A stretch of 64,000 nucleotides of DNA from Phycisphaerae bacterium (GCA_012729015.1 JAAYDY010000113.1:12206-76205); one strand, 5' to 3'. Shown: positions 1 to 10,840, counted from the first letter of the stretch. Notes: generated by a model from the letters alone, not told the origin. Translations and numbers: made by a program.

Positions 1-1331
1 CCGAAGTAGCCGTAGCTGCGGGCGCGGCAGCCGCCGCAGTAGTGCTTGTACTGGCAGACCTTGCAGTGGCCGGTGCGGTCCTCGCGGTCGCGCAGCACCT
101 TCAGTAGCGGGTCGTTGAGCCACATCTGCTCGAAGTCGTCCTGTCGGATGTCGCCGATCTCGATGGGCATGAACACGCAGGGCGTGACCTTGCCATTGGG
201 CTGGATCGCGCAATAGCATCGCCCCGCGCCGCAGCCGCCGACGTACTTGGCCAGAATCCGCGTCTTCTTGCCCGACGAGTAGCCGTAGTGCCCCGTGTTG
301 ATCGGCGACTCGGCGTCGCCCAGCTCGATGCACGCGCGGCCGTACTGCGTCGCCGAACTCATCACGGCGATCCTGTCCTCCAGCAGCGTCTTCTGGAGAA
401 TCGCCAGCATCCGCTCGCGCTCGCTCGGCGACAGGTCCGTATCGACGATGCCCTTGCCGCGGCCCGTCGGGATGAAGTTGAAGGCGTAGAACGTGTTCAC
501 TCCGCGGTCAATCGCCCACTGGATGATGTCTTCCAGCTCGTCGATGTTCAGCTTCGTCACGGTCGTGGCCACGCCGGTCTTCATCTTCGGGTTGGCCAGA
601 CAGTTGTCGATGCCTCGGACGGCGGCCTCCCAATAGCCCTTGCCGCCGCGGAAGTGGTCGTGTTTGGCCGCGTCGATCGAATCGAGCGAGATTTCGGTGT
701 AGCCGATGCCACAATCCACCAGCCGCTGGACGTTCTCGGGTGTGCAGAGCGACCCGTTGGTGGCCACGGACATGTGGAATCCCACGTCGGCGGCGTGCCG
801 GGCGGTTTCCCAGAAGTGGCGGCCCATGAGCGGCTCGCCGCCGGAGAACGCCAGCATCGACACGTCCATAGCCGCCAGGCGATCCACGACGGCAATCTTC
901 TCCTCGGGCGTCAACTCATCGTCCAGGGCCTTGTGCGCGTCCTGGTAGCAGTGCTGGCACTGAAAATTGCACGCCTGCGTGAAGTTCCAGACCACCATCA
1001 GCGGCGCGACGAACTGTTGCGGCTCCGTGAGGCCGTAGTGCCCCACGCTGCGGACCGTGTTGACCAGGGCGCGGGCCGTCGGTCCGTGGCCGAAGACGCG
1101 GCGACGCAGCGTGTCGCGCGACGCCCCGGTGCGCTTGCGGATGTACTCGGTGATCCACATTGGCACGGCGAACTTCATGCGCTGCCCAAGGCTCATCTCG
1201 CCCGTGGCATAGGCCCGGAAGAAGTCCGCCAGCGTGCAGCCGCCGTCGCTGCGCCGCCGCGTGATGCGGCGGAACACCGATTGAACGGCCTTCTTGTCCA
1301 GCAACCTGACGACTCGTTCCGGATCAACCAT
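1..1331 (-). CDS. Radical SAM / SPASM-domain protein (AhbD/NirJ/anSME-like), C-terminus beyond the window start
   Basis: Hand translation of the minus strand from ATG at 1331 gives MVDPERVVRLLDKKAVQSVF... with a CxxxCxxC-type radical SAM cluster (FTQACNFQCQHCY), a GGEPL motif and a Cys-rich C-terminal SPASM-like region (CKVCQYKHYCGGCRARSYGYF). It is missing from the ORF track because it runs off the window. The plus ORF 288-1352 is its R/H-rich antisense. Confidence 0.6.
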   Translation of the reverse strand, partial: MVDPERVVRLLDKKAVQSVFRRITRRRSDGGCTLADFFRAYATGEMSLGQRMKFAVPMWITEYIRKRTGASRDTLRRRVFGHGPTARALVNTVRSVGHYGLTEPQQFVAPLMVVWNFTQACNFQCQHCYQDAHKALDDELTPEEKIAVVDRLAAMDVSMLAFSGGEPLMGRHFWETARHAADVGFHMSVATNGSLCTPENVQRLVDCGIGYTEISLDSIDAAKHDHFRGGKGYWEAAVRGIDNCLANPKMKTGVATTVTKLNIDELEDIIQWAIDRGVNTFYAFNFIPTGRGKGIVDTDLSPSERERMLAILQKTLLEDRIAVMSSATQYGRACIELGDAESPINTGHYGYSSGKKTRILAKYVGGCGAGRCYCAIQPNGKVTPCVFMPIEIGDIRQDDFEQMWLNDPLLKVLRDREDRTGHCKVCQYKHYCGGCRARSYGYF

Positions 1332-1393
1332 GGCGCCATCCATCGTGTGTGAGCACAAGCATCGCCGGCCCCGGCAGGGCAGGGGTCCGGCGG

Positions 1394-2146
1394 TCACCCT
1401 TGCTGCAACTTGGCCATTACCTCATCGCTGACATCGAAGTTCGCGTACACTTCGGTCACGTCGTCGTGCTCGTCGAGCAGTTCGATCAGCTTGAGCACTT
1501 TCGCCGCCGCGTCGGCGTCCAGCGGGACCGTGATGCTCGGCAGCGGCTCGACGGCCGCCCGCTGAGGCTGAATGTCGGCGGCTTCCAGCGCCTTGACGAG
1601 TCCCTCGAACGCTTCCGGGCTGCACGTGATCTCATGCACATCGTCCTTGCTGACGATGTCGTCGGCCCCGTTCTCGAGGGCGATCTCCATGATTCGCTCT
1701 TCGCTCACCGCCGCCACCGGTACGGTGATCGTGCCCTTGCGCTCGAACAGCCGCGCCACGGCGTTTACCGCGGCCAGGCTGCCGCCGTGCTTCTCGAGAA
1801 TCGACCGGATTTCGCCGGCCGTTCGGTTGCGGTTGTCACTGAGCGCGTCGATCAGGATCGCCACGCCGCCCGGCGCATATGCCTCGTAGCGGAGGGTTTC
1901 GAGGGCGGCCCCCGCCAGTTCGCCGGTGCCCTTCTTGACAGCACGCTCGATGTTGTCGCGAGGCATGTTGATCGACCGGGCCTTGTCGATTGCATACCGC
2001 AGGTTCAGGTTCATCGACGGATCGCCGCCGCCGTGACGCGCCGCCACGGTGATCAGCTTGGCCACCTTGCTGAACTCCGCCCCGCGCTTGGCGTCTACGC
2101 CGGCTTTCTTCCGCTTGATCGTCGCCCAATGAGAATGTCCCGACAT
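1394..2146 (-). CDS. yebC: YebC/PmpR family transcriptional regulator (DUF28)
   Basis: The 250-aa protein shows the N-terminal MSGHSHWATIKRKKAGVDAKRGAEFSKVAKLITVAARHGGGDPSMNLNLRYAIDKARSINMPRDNIERAVKKGTG typical of YebC/TACO1. Confidence 0.9.
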   Translation of the reverse strand: MSGHSHWATIKRKKAGVDAKRGAEFSKVAKLITVAARHGGGDPSMNLNLRYAIDKARSINMPRDNIERAVKKGTGELAGAALETLRYEAYAPGGVAILIDALSDNRNRTAGEIRSILEKHGGSLAAVNAVARLFERKGTITVPVAAVSEERIMEIALENGADDIVSKDDVHEITCSPEAFEGLVKALEAADIQPQRAAVEPLPSITVPLDADAAAKVLKLIELLDEHDDVTEVYANFDVSDEVMAKLQQG

Positions 2147-2158
2147 CGGTCGCTCCTC

Positions 2159-5100
2159 TTATGGTTTCCCGGATTCGTCGTGCTCGGACAGCTCCTTGCC
2201 CAGAGGCGCCGTCGGCACGGGCTTGCCTTGGTCCAGCGCCTCCAGCTTCCGCGGCACCAGCTCGCGGATCGACTGCTCGTCCCGCTGCAAACGCACGTTC
2301 CGTCGCTCCAGCAACTCAGCCGCACGCCGGTACGCCGCACGCGCCTCGTCCCGGCGGTTCAGCCGCACCAGCGTGTCGCCCAGGTGGTCCCAGATCACAG
2401 GGCTCGCCTGCGGGCTCAGACGCACGCTCCGCTGAAGGTACACAAGTGCCTGGTCCAGGCGATTCTGCTTGTAGAGCACCCAGCCCAGGCTGTCCAGCGT
2501 GGCCGACGACTCGGGATTCTCCTGGAGCGACAGGCGGATCATCTGCTCACTCTCGGCCAGCCGCACGCCTTGGTCGGCCCACATGTAGCCGAGGTTGTTG
2601 TTGACGCCGCTGTCGCGCGGGCGCTTCTTCAGAATGGCCTGCATCAACTCTTCGGCCTTCTGCCGCTCGCCGCGGCGGTCGTGCCACGACGCCAGCAACT
2701 GCATCGCCTCGGCGTCGTCCGGCTTGGCGGCCAGCATCGTGTCGATAAGCTTGCGAGCCTCGTCGTACCTCTCCATCGACATCAGCACGTCGGCCCGCAG
2801 TTGCCGGGCGCCCTCCTCGAACGCGGCCATGGCCTCCAGGCGGTCGATGACGGACATCGCTTCGTCCGACGCGCCGCGGGCCTCCAGCAGCATGGCCCGG
2901 TAGTACAGCAGGGCGCCCAACTGTTCCTCGTCCGCCGTCTGGTCCAGGCCGCGATCCAGGGCCAGCAGCGCCCCGTCCACGTCTCCCTGGTCCCGAAGGA
3001 ACAGCGCCATCTCGACGTACGGCCGCGACGACGTGGGGTCGGCCTCGATCGATTCCTCCATCATCGCGCGGGCCTCTGCCGTGCGACCAATGCGGGCCAG
3101 AACGCCCGACAGATTGTACCGCGACCCGTTGTCGCCCTGGTTCAGCTTCAGAATCGTGCGATACGTCATGATCGCATCCGCGTCGCGATCCACCATCTCG
3201 TAGATCCGCGCCATGCGACGGAAGAACACGCTTTTCCACCCGAGGCTGTCCAGCCGCTCCACGGCCTCGCGCGATGCGTCCAGCGCATCCATCAGGCGAT
3301 CCAAGCGGATCAGCACGGCCGTCAGACGCTCGTACCCGCGCGTGAACCCCGGGCTCACCTCCAGCAGCCTGCGGAAATCCTCGGCCGCCGCCGCCGGATC
3401 GTCCACCTGGGCCACCATCCCCAGCACGAATGCCGGCCCGGGGCCCGACCGCAACTCGTCGGCCAGCAGCGTGCGCAGCTCGGTGAGCACGGCCCGGCGA
3501 TCCTCGATCGTGTCGATGAAGTCCGCCAGTTGCCGCACCATCGCGTCGAGCTGCTCGATCTGCTGTTCCTGCTCGTCGGCCTCGCGCCGCAGCCGTTGGA
3601 ACTCCTCCGGCCCCGTGTCGTCCCTCGACTGGAGCCGCAGCAGCCGTGACTGCGCACGCCAGTACTGTGCCTCGCAGTCCTTCTTCTCCGAGACGGCCTG
3701 TGCGTACAGCTTGAGCACGTGCGCCGGCTGCCGCCCGGTCTGATAATAGGCCAGCAGGCTCTTGCGTGCCGCCCCGACCACCACCGGATCGGACGACACG
3801 ACCAACTCCTCCAGGAGCTTTGCGCCTTCGTCGCCACGACCCATCTGGATCAGCTTCTCGCCGAGCAGCCGCGTAACGACGGCCAACCCCGGCTGCGCCT
3901 CGTGGAACTCGCGGAACCGCTTCAGGAACATCTCGTCGTCGCCCAGCTTGTCGCAGACCTGTTTCAGCAGCTCGTAGCTCTCGGCGTCCGTCGGCCATCG
4001 CCGCTGCACGGCCAGCGCCAGCTTCAGGGCCGCCGCGGCGTCGCCCTTGGTCAGCAACTCGGTGATCGTCACGGGCATCGAGCTGTCGGCTACGCGGCTG
4101 GGCAGACGCGGGTCGGCTCCGTCGAGCACCGCCTCGATCATCGTCACGCCCGCCTCCACGTCGCCGGTCCGCAACAGCTCCTGGCCCAGCAGCATCCGGA
4201 TCACGCTCAGCCCCGGGTGCCGTTCGGCCAGTTCCCGGAACGTCTGGATGAACCCTTCGTGATTGTTCGATTGGCCATACACCCGGGCCAGCAGATGATA
4301 GGCGGCCTCGTCATCCGTGCGCCGCCGCTGAATCTCCAGCGCCAGGTGCAGCGCCAGGTCGTTGTGCTGGTTGTTCAGCAGCCACAGCACCGCCGACGGG
4401 CCGAGACCCGGTTTCTCCAGGACGCCGGTCACGTCCTTCAGCAGGGCGACTGCCTTCGCCGGCTCCTTCACGCGCATGTAGAGCTGCACCGTCCGCCCGA
4501 CCAGCACGTGCAGAAACTGCGGATCGACCATGCGCGCCAGTTCGGCGTCGCGCTGCATCGCCGCCGGCGACTTGTCCAGCCAGCGGGCCAGGCGGTCGTA
4601 TGCGGCAGCCTCCTCGGCCATGTTCTTCCGCGATGCGTGGATGCGGCCCAGAAGGTAGAGCGACAGCCCCACGAAACGGTCTGATGCCGCGTCCTTCGAT
4701 TTCTCGATCACCTGGCGGAAGCAGTCGGTCGCCTTGTCATAATCGTTCTGGTTCAGGTGATGCCTGCCCAGCCCGTAGAGTGCCTCGGTGTCGTCCGGGT
4801 CGGCGGCCAGGACTTGGGCGTAGAGCTCCTGCGATTTGGCGGCGTTGCCCTTCTGCTGGTACACGTCCGCCAGCTCGCGCAGAATCAGCGAACTGCCGGG
4901 ATCCAGCCGGGCAGCCTCTTCGAGTTCGCGGATGGCCTCGTCGAATCGCTCGGCGGCGATGTGCTCGCGCGCCAGGGCGTAGTGGTACACGGCCTGGGCT
5001 TTGTCCTCGTCGGACACGTCGGGGCGGGGGGCTGCCGGCTCTGGCGGTTTCTCGGCGGCGGGCGGCTCGGCATTGTTCTGCCCGGCGCCGGTCGTCGGCG

Positions 5101-5248
5101 CCGCCGGCTGCGCGTCAGGCGACTCGGCCGCCGGCGACTCCGCAGCGGGCGCCGAATCTGCGCGCGCCGTCATCCCGGCCAGCCACAGGGCCGCCAGCAC
5201 TGCGGCTGCGGCCATGACTCGTGACGGATGGTCCTGTCTGCTGCCCAC
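2159..5248 (-). CDS. Secreted tetratricopeptide-repeat (TPR) protein, 1029 aa
   Basis: An N-terminal signal-like segment (MAAAAVLAALWLAGMTARA) precedes an Ala/Pro/Glu-rich linker and many TPR-like repeats (AxxYxxLGxxxxxxGxxxEA pattern throughout). The plus ORF 1349-3649 is antisense noise. Confidence 0.8.
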   Translation of the reverse strand: MGSRQDHPSRVMAAAAVLAALWLAGMTARADSAPAAESPAAESPDAQPAAPTTGAGQNNAEPPAAEKPPEPAAPRPDVSDEDKAQAVYHYALAREHIAAERFDEAIRELEEAARLDPGSSLILRELADVYQQKGNAAKSQELYAQVLAADPDDTEALYGLGRHHLNQNDYDKATDCFRQVIEKSKDAASDRFVGLSLYLLGRIHASRKNMAEEAAAYDRLARWLDKSPAAMQRDAELARMVDPQFLHVLVGRTVQLYMRVKEPAKAVALLKDVTGVLEKPGLGPSAVLWLLNNQHNDLALHLALEIQRRRTDDEAAYHLLARVYGQSNNHEGFIQTFRELAERHPGLSVIRMLLGQELLRTGDVEAGVTMIEAVLDGADPRLPSRVADSSMPVTITELLTKGDAAAALKLALAVQRRWPTDAESYELLKQVCDKLGDDEMFLKRFREFHEAQPGLAVVTRLLGEKLIQMGRGDEGAKLLEELVVSSDPVVVGAARKSLLAYYQTGRQPAHVLKLYAQAVSEKKDCEAQYWRAQSRLLRLQSRDDTGPEEFQRLRREADEQEQQIEQLDAMVRQLADFIDTIEDRRAVLTELRTLLADELRSGPGPAFVLGMVAQVDDPAAAAEDFRRLLEVSPGFTRGYERLTAVLIRLDRLMDALDASREAVERLDSLGWKSVFFRRMARIYEMVDRDADAIMTYRTILKLNQGDNGSRYNLSGVLARIGRTAEARAMMEESIEADPTSSRPYVEMALFLRDQGDVDGALLALDRGLDQTADEEQLGALLYYRAMLLEARGASDEAMSVIDRLEAMAAFEEGARQLRADVLMSMERYDEARKLIDTMLAAKPDDAEAMQLLASWHDRRGERQKAEELMQAILKKRPRDSGVNNNLGYMWADQGVRLAESEQMIRLSLQENPESSATLDSLGWVLYKQNRLDQALVYLQRSVRLSPQASPVIWDHLGDTLVRLNRRDEARAAYRRAAELLERRNVRLQRDEQSIRELVPRKLEALDQGKPVPTAPLGKELSEHDESGKP

Positions 5249-5292
5249 GGATCACGACCCTCGCACGCCCCCTCGCGCACCATGCACGGGCC

Positions 5293-6165
5293 TCAGGGAA
5301 TGACCTTGTTCAGCGGGTACACGATGATGCCCGTCGCCCCGGCCTTCTTCAGTTGCGGCACCAGCTGCCGCTCTTCCACCTCGCGAAGGATCACCTCGAC
5401 CGCCACCCAGTCGCTGTCCATCAGGTTGTTGATCGTCGGGCTCTTCTCGCTCGGCAACAGGCGGCACACCTGCTCCAGCTTGCTGCGCGGAACGTTCATC
5501 TTCAGCCCGACCTTCTCACGGGCCGCCATCGCCCCTCGCAGCAGCAGGCACAGGCTCTCGATCTTCTCACGCTTCCACGGATCCTGCCAGCTTGCCTTGT
5601 TCGCGATGAAGTGCGTCGTGCTTTCCAGCAGCGTCTCCACCACGCGCAGCCCATTGGCCCTCAGGCTCGATCCCGTCTCGGTTACGTCCACGATGCCGTT
5701 CAGCAGCCGCGCCTTGGCCTCCGTCGCGCCCCAGGAGAACTCCACCTTGACGTTCACGCCGCGGTCGGCGAAGTACTTCCGCGTCATCCCCACCAGTTCG
5801 GTCGCGATGATCCCGCCTTCGAGGTCTTCGATCCGCTGCACAGGCGACTCCTGAGGCACCGCCAGCACCCAGCGCACCGGCACCAGCTTCGCCTTCGCGT
5901 ACACGAAGTCCGCCACGTCCACCACGTCGCTGCCGTTCTCCAGAATCCAGTCCTTGCCCGTCAGCCCCGCGTCCAGCACGCCGTCTTCCACGTAGCGGCT
6001 CATCTCCTGTGCGCGAAACTGGATGATCTCCATCTCCGGGTCGTCCACCGTCGGGTTCAGACTCCGCGAACTCACGTAGATGTCGTACCCCGCGCGACGC
6101 ATCATGTCGAACGTCGAATCCTGAAGGCTTCCCTTCGGAATCCCGAGTTTCAGCACCTGTCCCAT
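5293..6165 (-). CDS. hisG: ATP phosphoribosyltransferase, long form with C-terminal regulatory domain
   Basis: The 290-aa protein MGQVLKLGIPKGSLQDSTFDMMRRAGY...GATGIIVYPLNKVIP aligns end to end with long-form HisG. Confidence 0.9.
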   Translation of the reverse strand: MGQVLKLGIPKGSLQDSTFDMMRRAGYDIYVSSRSLNPTVDDPEMEIIQFRAQEMSRYVEDGVLDAGLTGKDWILENGSDVVDVADFVYAKAKLVPVRWVLAVPQESPVQRIEDLEGGIIATELVGMTRKYFADRGVNVKVEFSWGATEAKARLLNGIVDVTETGSSLRANGLRVVETLLESTTHFIANKASWQDPWKREKIESLCLLLRGAMAAREKVGLKMNVPRSKLEQVCRLLPSEKSPTINNLMDSDWVAVEVILREVEERQLVPQLKKAGATGIIVYPLNKVIP

Positions 6166-6237
6166 CGAACGACTCTCCTCCTGCCGCCGCCGCCGTCGCT
6201 GCGCCTCTGCGCAGCCGTCCCGGCGACGCCTCTTCGA

Positions 6238-7062
6238 TCACTTCTTCCGCTTCGACGGCGCAGCACGCTTGCTCGCCGCCGCCGACGACTTCTTCTTTGC
6301 CGTGGTCTTCTTCGCCCGCTGCGGCTTCTTCCCCGCGGCCGGCTTGGCTCTCTCGCTCTTGACCGTCCGCCCGGCAGACTTCTTCACGGCCAGGATCTCG
6401 GCTCCCGTCGGACACATGGTCCGCACAGGGCACTTCGCACACTGCGGCTTGTCGGGCAGGCACACCGACTCTGCCAGACGGTGCAGCAACGCCCAGGTCT
6501 CGTATCCCTCGTTGCGGGCCACTGCACGCTCCAGAAACGACTGAAGCGACGCCGTGTCCTCACCCTCGACCGTCAGGCCCAGACGCGACAACGTGCGCGT
6601 CACGTCCGCATCCGCCGGCACCGCGTGACCGCCCGACAGCAGCAGCACCGCCGCCGCGGCAAGCACCTCGCCCCCGCCGTCCAGCTTCTCGAAGAACTGA
6701 CGCACCTCCCGGACACCCATCGTCCGCAGGAAGTCCCACGTCATCGTGTTGTGGCTCAGGAAGATCCCGTTGAACACCCGCGTCACCCGCGACGCCTTCT
6801 GTTCCGCGTGCGACACCTCGGGCATCACCTCCGCGATCTCGCGGGGGAAACTCACCCGCACCTCGTTCAGATCCACGAAGTCCTGCGAGAACCGCTTCAT
6901 CGCCTTGTCCACCGACGTCTGATCGGCCTCCTCCATGAGGATGAACCGCAACAGTTCGTGGGCCACGTCGTCGGCCGGTTCCAGCGACTGCTTGCCGCAC
7001 GCCTTGCGCAGGGCACGATACACCTTCCGCAACCCCGCGGACCGTTCGCTGAATGAACTCAT
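6238..7062 (-). CDS. nth: HhH-GPD (endonuclease III-like) DNA glycosylase with FeS cluster and Lys-rich C-terminal tail
   Basis: An HhH-GPD core is followed by the [4Fe-4S] motif CLPDKPQCAKCPVRTMCP. The last roughly 60 aa are a KKxxAKK-type Lys/Ala/Pro-rich tail. Confidence 0.6.
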   Translation of the reverse strand: MSSFSERSAGLRKVYRALRKACGKQSLEPADDVAHELLRFILMEEADQTSVDKAMKRFSQDFVDLNEVRVSFPREIAEVMPEVSHAEQKASRVTRVFNGIFLSHNTMTWDFLRTMGVREVRQFFEKLDGGGEVLAAAAVLLLSGGHAVPADADVTRTLSRLGLTVEGEDTASLQSFLERAVARNEGYETWALLHRLAESVCLPDKPQCAKCPVRTMCPTGAEILAVKKSAGRTVKSERAKPAAGKKPQRAKKTTAKKKSSAAASKRAAPSKRKK

Positions 7063-7472
7063 TCCGCCTGCTCCTCAGGATCACCCTGCGGGTCGCCCAA
7101 CCGGCCGGTCTCTTCCTGCCGCGCACGGTCTTCGCTGACCGCATGCTGAATCAGCCTGGAAATCTCGACGCTCTTCTTCACCGAGTCGTCGAGCTGGAAC
7201 GACAGCCGCGGCACCGTCTTGGTCGTCAGCGCCGAGGCCAACTCACGCTGAAGAAGCGACCGCGCGTGATCCACCGCACGAAGGCACAACTCCGCCTTCT
7301 TCTCGTCGCCCATCACGCTCATCCGCACTGTCGCGTTGTGCATGTCCGCCGACACGTCCACTTCCGTCACCGTCACGAACCCCATGCGCGGATCGCCCAA
7401 CTCGAACATCAGCACGCGGCTGACGACCTCCTTGATCACACGAGCCACCTTCAGGGTCCGACGCGTTGACAT
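7059..7472 (-). CDS. rbfA: Ribosome-binding factor A
   Basis: A 137-aa protein (RVARVIKEVVSRVL..., KH-like RbfA fold signature) sits downstream of infB in the conserved nusA-infB-rbfA arrangement. Confidence 0.9.
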   Translation of the reverse strand: MSTRRTLKVARVIKEVVSRVLMFELGDPRMGFVTVTEVDVSADMHNATVRMSVMGDEKKAELCLRAVDHARSLLQRELASALTTKTVPRLSFQLDDSVKKSVEISRLIQHAVSEDRARQEETGRLGDPQGDPEEQAE

Positions 7473-7502
7473 CTCTGCCCGATTCCCGCTTTCCGGCGAT
7501 CC

Positions 7503-7784
7503 TCAGTACGTCTCGATCGAAAAATCGATCAGCTCGGCCGTCACCGACCGCCGAACAAACTCCACCACCTTCGACAATACCTCTTCGGCATGGCGACGAT
7601 CATTGCTCACGAACGCCGCCCCGAGCTCGGCCTGCTGACGGTCGTCCAGCGAGTCCACCTCCGCGATGGAGACGGCGAAACGGTGGGCGATCCGGTCCTT
7701 CAGGCTCTTTACGACGCGACGCTTGTCCTTCAGCGACTGCGACTCGCGCACCAGAAGCCGAAGCTCGAGCACCCCGACGACCAT
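7503..7784 (-). CDS. DUF503 (YlxP-like) protein
   Basis: A 93-aa ORF lies between infB and rbfA, the canonical position of ylxP/DUF503, with the sequence LRESQSLKDKRRVVKSLKDRI. Confidence 0.7.
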   Translation of the reverse strand: MVVGVLELRLLVRESQSLKDKRRVVKSLKDRIAHRFAVSIAEVDSLDDRQQAELGAAFVSNDRRHAEEVLSKVVEFVRRSVTAELIDFSIETY

Positions 7785-7801
7785 GGTCCCTCACCGCGAT
7801 C

Positions 7802-10800
7802 CTACAGCTTGCGCTTGATCTCGACCGTCTGAAGCGCCTCGACCACGTCGTCGATCTTCACGTCGTCGAACCCCACCAGCTTCACGCCGCACTCCATCCC
7901 GGCCGTCACCTCGCGCACGTCGTCCTTGAACCGTTTCAGCGAATCCAACTGTCCCTCATGCACCACCACGCCCTGGCGGCTCACGCGGACCGTGTTCGTC
8001 CGTCGGATCACGCCGTCGGTCACGTAGCAGCCGGCAATCGTGCCCAGACGCGACACCTTGAACGTCTGCCGCACCACCAGGTGGCCCACCACGTCCTGGC
8101 GCGTCTCCGGCGCCAGCATCCCTTCCAGGGCCTTCTTCAAATCGTCCATCACCTGGTAGATCACGCTGTACAGCCGGATGTCCACGCCCTTCTGCTCGGC
8201 CAGCGGTCGGGCCACCCCATCGACGATCACGTGGAACCCGATGATCACCGCGTCGCTGGCGTCGGCCAGCAGCACGTCACTCTCGTTGACCGCGCCCACC
8301 GCGGCATGGAGCACCTTCACCTTCACTTCCGGGTGCTTGAATTCGCCGACCGACTGCTTCAGCACTTCGACCGAGCCCTGCACGTCCGCCTTGATGATCA
8401 CCCGAAGCTCGCGGACGTCCTGGGCTTCCATCTGCTGGAAGAGGTCTTCCAGCGTCACGTGCTTGCGCGTCGCCAGGGCCTCCTGACGCTCGCGCACCTG
8501 ACGCTGCTCGGCGAACTCGCGTGCTCGCTGCAAGTCCTTGAATACGTAGAACGGGTCGCCCGCGTCCGGCAGCACCGACAGGCCGCTCACGCTCACCGGC
8601 ATGCTCGGACCCGCCTCCTGGATGCTGCGCCCCTTGTCGTCCCTCATCGCCCTCACGCGCCCGACCGCCAGACCGCCCAGCAGAATGTCGCCCACGCGGA
8701 GCACGCCGTCCTGCACCAGCAGGTTCAGCACCGCGCCGAGCCCTTCACGCATCTGGGCCTCGATCACCGTGCCTCGCGCCGGACGCGTCGCGTCGGCCTT
8801 CAGCTCCAGCATCTCCGCTTCCAGTTGCAGCGACTCCAGCAGCGTGTCGATGCCCTGGCCCGTCGTGGCCACCGTCTCGACCACGATGGTCTTGCCGCCC
8901 CACTGTTCCGGCACCATGTCACGCTCGGCCAACTGCCCGAGCACACGCTGCACGTTCGCGTTCGGCAGATCCACCTTGTTCAACGCCACGACGATCGGCA
9001 CGCCCGCCGCACGGGCGTGGTTGATCGCTTCTTCCGTCTGCGGCATGATGCCGTCGTCGGCCGCCACCACCAGCACCACGATGTCCGTCACCTTGGCGCC
9101 GCGCGAACGCATCGCCGTGAACGCCTCGTGACCCGGCGTATCCAGGAACGTTACGCCGCGCTCGCCCATCTCCACGTGGTACGCACCGATGTGCTGCGTG
9201 ATGCCGCCCGACTCGCCGTCCACCACCCGCGTGGACCGAATCCGGTCCATCAGGCTCGTCTTGCCGTGGTCCACGTGGCCCAGGAACGTCACCACCGGCG
9301 CCCGCGGCGCTTCGTGCGATTCCGCCTGCGGGCCCTCCATGGCGTCCACTTCCGCCTGGATCGCCTCCTCGACGTCCACGGCTGCCTTCACCTTCAGTTC
9401 CACACCGAATTCCAGCGACACTTCCTCCGCCAGTTCCCGGCTCAGCGACTCGTTCACCGTGATCATCATGCCGCGACGCATCAGGTGCGAGATCATCGGT
9501 CCGCTCTGCACGCCGATCGCCGAACAGAGCGACTTCACCGTGATCGGCTCCTCGATCTCCACGGCGTGCCCCTTGGCTGCGGCCTCGTCGGCCCGCTTCC
9601 TGCTCGCCGTTCGGACCCGGCGACGACGTTCGCCCAGCGGCCGACGCACCGACTCCCCGCGCTCCAGCCGCAGGTGACCGGTGTTCAGCACGTTCACCTT
9701 CATGTCCGCGTCAAGATCCACGCGATCCTCGTCGCGACGGCTGGTCGCCGGCTTCTTCGCCGGGCGAGCGATCTTCCGCTCCTCCGCCTCCGGATCAATC
9801 TCCACCGCCTCGCCGGCCGCACGACGCCGACGCCCCCCGGCGCTGGCGCTGCGACCCGCCTTCGGGCGGTTTGTGTCCGCCGACAGCCCGCGCTGAGTGT
9901 CCGTGGTCGCGTCCTGCTGTTTCTCCCGGATTGTCCGCGACGCCACCTCGCGAGCCTTGCGACCGGCTTCGCCCAGCGTCGTCGCCGACTCCGGACGACG
10001 GCCGATAGCCTGAGGATGTGTCCGCACCGGCTTCTGATCGCGGCCCTCCTCGGTCGCCGACTTCTCTTTGCCCTTTTTGCCCTTGCCGCCGCGGCGCGGC
10101 GGAATCTCTTTCGGCTTGATCTCGATCCGACCGATCGCCTTGGGAATCTCGATGACGAAGTCGTCCACCTTGGACGCCCGTCGCGGCGGCTCGGGCGCAG
10201 CAGGCGCTTCCGCTACCGGCGCAGACGCAGGCTCCGGCTCCGCCGGCTTCTGCGCCTCGGCCACGGCCGGCGCCGCTTCCGCCGCCACGGCGGGGGCCTG
10301 CGGCGGCTCCTGCACCTCCGGGGCCGCCTCCGTCGCCGCAGCCGGGGTCTCGACCACAACCTCCGGCTCCGTCGGCGCCGTCGCGACCGGGGCCGGCGCT
10401 TCCACGGGCTCCGGTTCCGCCGGCGATTCCGCTACCTCCGGCGCAGCGGCTGCGCTCGGCGCCGCCTCGGCTGCCGCCGCCGGAGCTTCCGGCAACACCG
10501 CTTCCGTCGGCGGATGCGTGCGGATCGCCCGTCGCGTCGGCGCGAATGCCAACTGCCCGGGCTTCGTCCGCGGAGGCAACGCCACCGGCGCCGACGTCGC
10601 CGCCGGCGACTCCGAGGCCGGAGCAGACTCTCCCGACCCCGTCTTCGCATCGGCCTCGACCCGAGCGCGCAGCTTCGCCGCTTCGCTGTCCGTCAACGTG
10701 CTGGCATGACTGCTGACGTCAATGCCTTCAAGGCGGCAATACTCCAGCAGCGTCTTGCTGGGCACCCCGACTTCCTTGGAAAGGGCATAGAGTCGGATAC

Positions 10801-10840
10801 TCAAGAAACGCCTCCCCGAAACCTCCGTACGCTCGTACAT
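7802..10840 (-). CDS. infB: Translation initiation factor IF-2 with long low-complexity Ala/Pro/Glu-rich N-terminus
   Basis: The G-domain [34 protein letters not shown] is present, with a conserved C-terminal half. About 400 N-terminal residues are Ala/Pro/Glu-rich low complexity. Confidence 0.95.
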   Translation of the reverse strand: MYERTEVSGRRFLSIRLYALSKEVGVPSKTLLEYCRLEGIDVSSHASTLTDSEAAKLRARVEADAKTGSGESAPASESPAATSAPVALPPRTKPGQLAFAPTRRAIRTHPPTEAVLPEAPAAAAEAAPSAAAAPEVAESPAEPEPVEAPAPVATAPTEPEVVVETPAAATEAAPEVQEPPQAPAVAAEAAPAVAEAQKPAEPEPASAPVAEAPAAPEPPRRASKVDDFVIEIPKAIGRIEIKPKEIPPRRGGKGKKGKEKSATEEGRDQKPVRTHPQAIGRRPESATTLGEAGRKAREVASRTIREKQQDATTDTQRGLSADTNRPKAGRSASAGGRRRRAAGEAVEIDPEAEERKIARPAKKPATSRRDEDRVDLDADMKVNVLNTGHLRLERGESVRRPLGERRRRVRTASRKRADEAAAKGHAVEIEEPITVKSLCSAIGVQSGPMISHLMRRGMMITVNESLSRELAEEVSLEFGVELKVKAAVDVEEAIQAEVDAMEGPQAESHEAPRAPVVTFLGHVDHGKTSLMDRIRSTRVVDGESGGITQHIGAYHVEMGERGVTFLDTPGHEAFTAMRSRGAKVTDIVVLVVAADDGIMPQTEEAINHARAAGVPIVVALNKVDLPNANVQRVLGQLAERDMVPEQWGGKTIVVETVATTGQGIDTLLESLQLEAEMLELKADATRPARGTVIEAQMREGLGAVLNLLVQDGVLRVGDILLGGLAVGRVRAMRDDKGRSIQEAGPSMPVSVSGLSVLPDAGDPFYVFKDLQRAREFAEQRQVRERQEALATRKHVTLEDLFQQMEAQDVRELRVIIKADVQGSVEVLKQSVGEFKHPEVKVKVLHAAVGAVNESDVLLADASDAVIIGFHVIVDGVARPLAEQKGVDIRLYSVIYQVMDDLKKALEGMLAPETRQDVVGHLVVRQTFKVSRLGTIAGCYVTDGVIRRTNTVRVSRQGVVVHEGQLDSLKRFKDDVREVTAGMECGVKLVGFDDVKIDDVVEALQTVEIKRKL

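Noticed and set aside
288-1352. 354-aa plus-strand ORF covering the start of the window
   Set aside because: It is R/H/L-rich with a low-complexity antisense signature. The opposite strand encodes a clean radical-SAM protein with conserved motifs.
1349-3649. 766-aa plus-strand ORF
   Set aside because: It is antisense to yebC and the TPR gene. Its arginine/histidine-rich composition is typical of the non-coding frame in GC-rich DNA.
5221-7056. 611-aa plus-strand ORF
   Set aside because: It is antisense to hisG and the nth-like gene, both of which have clear family signatures.
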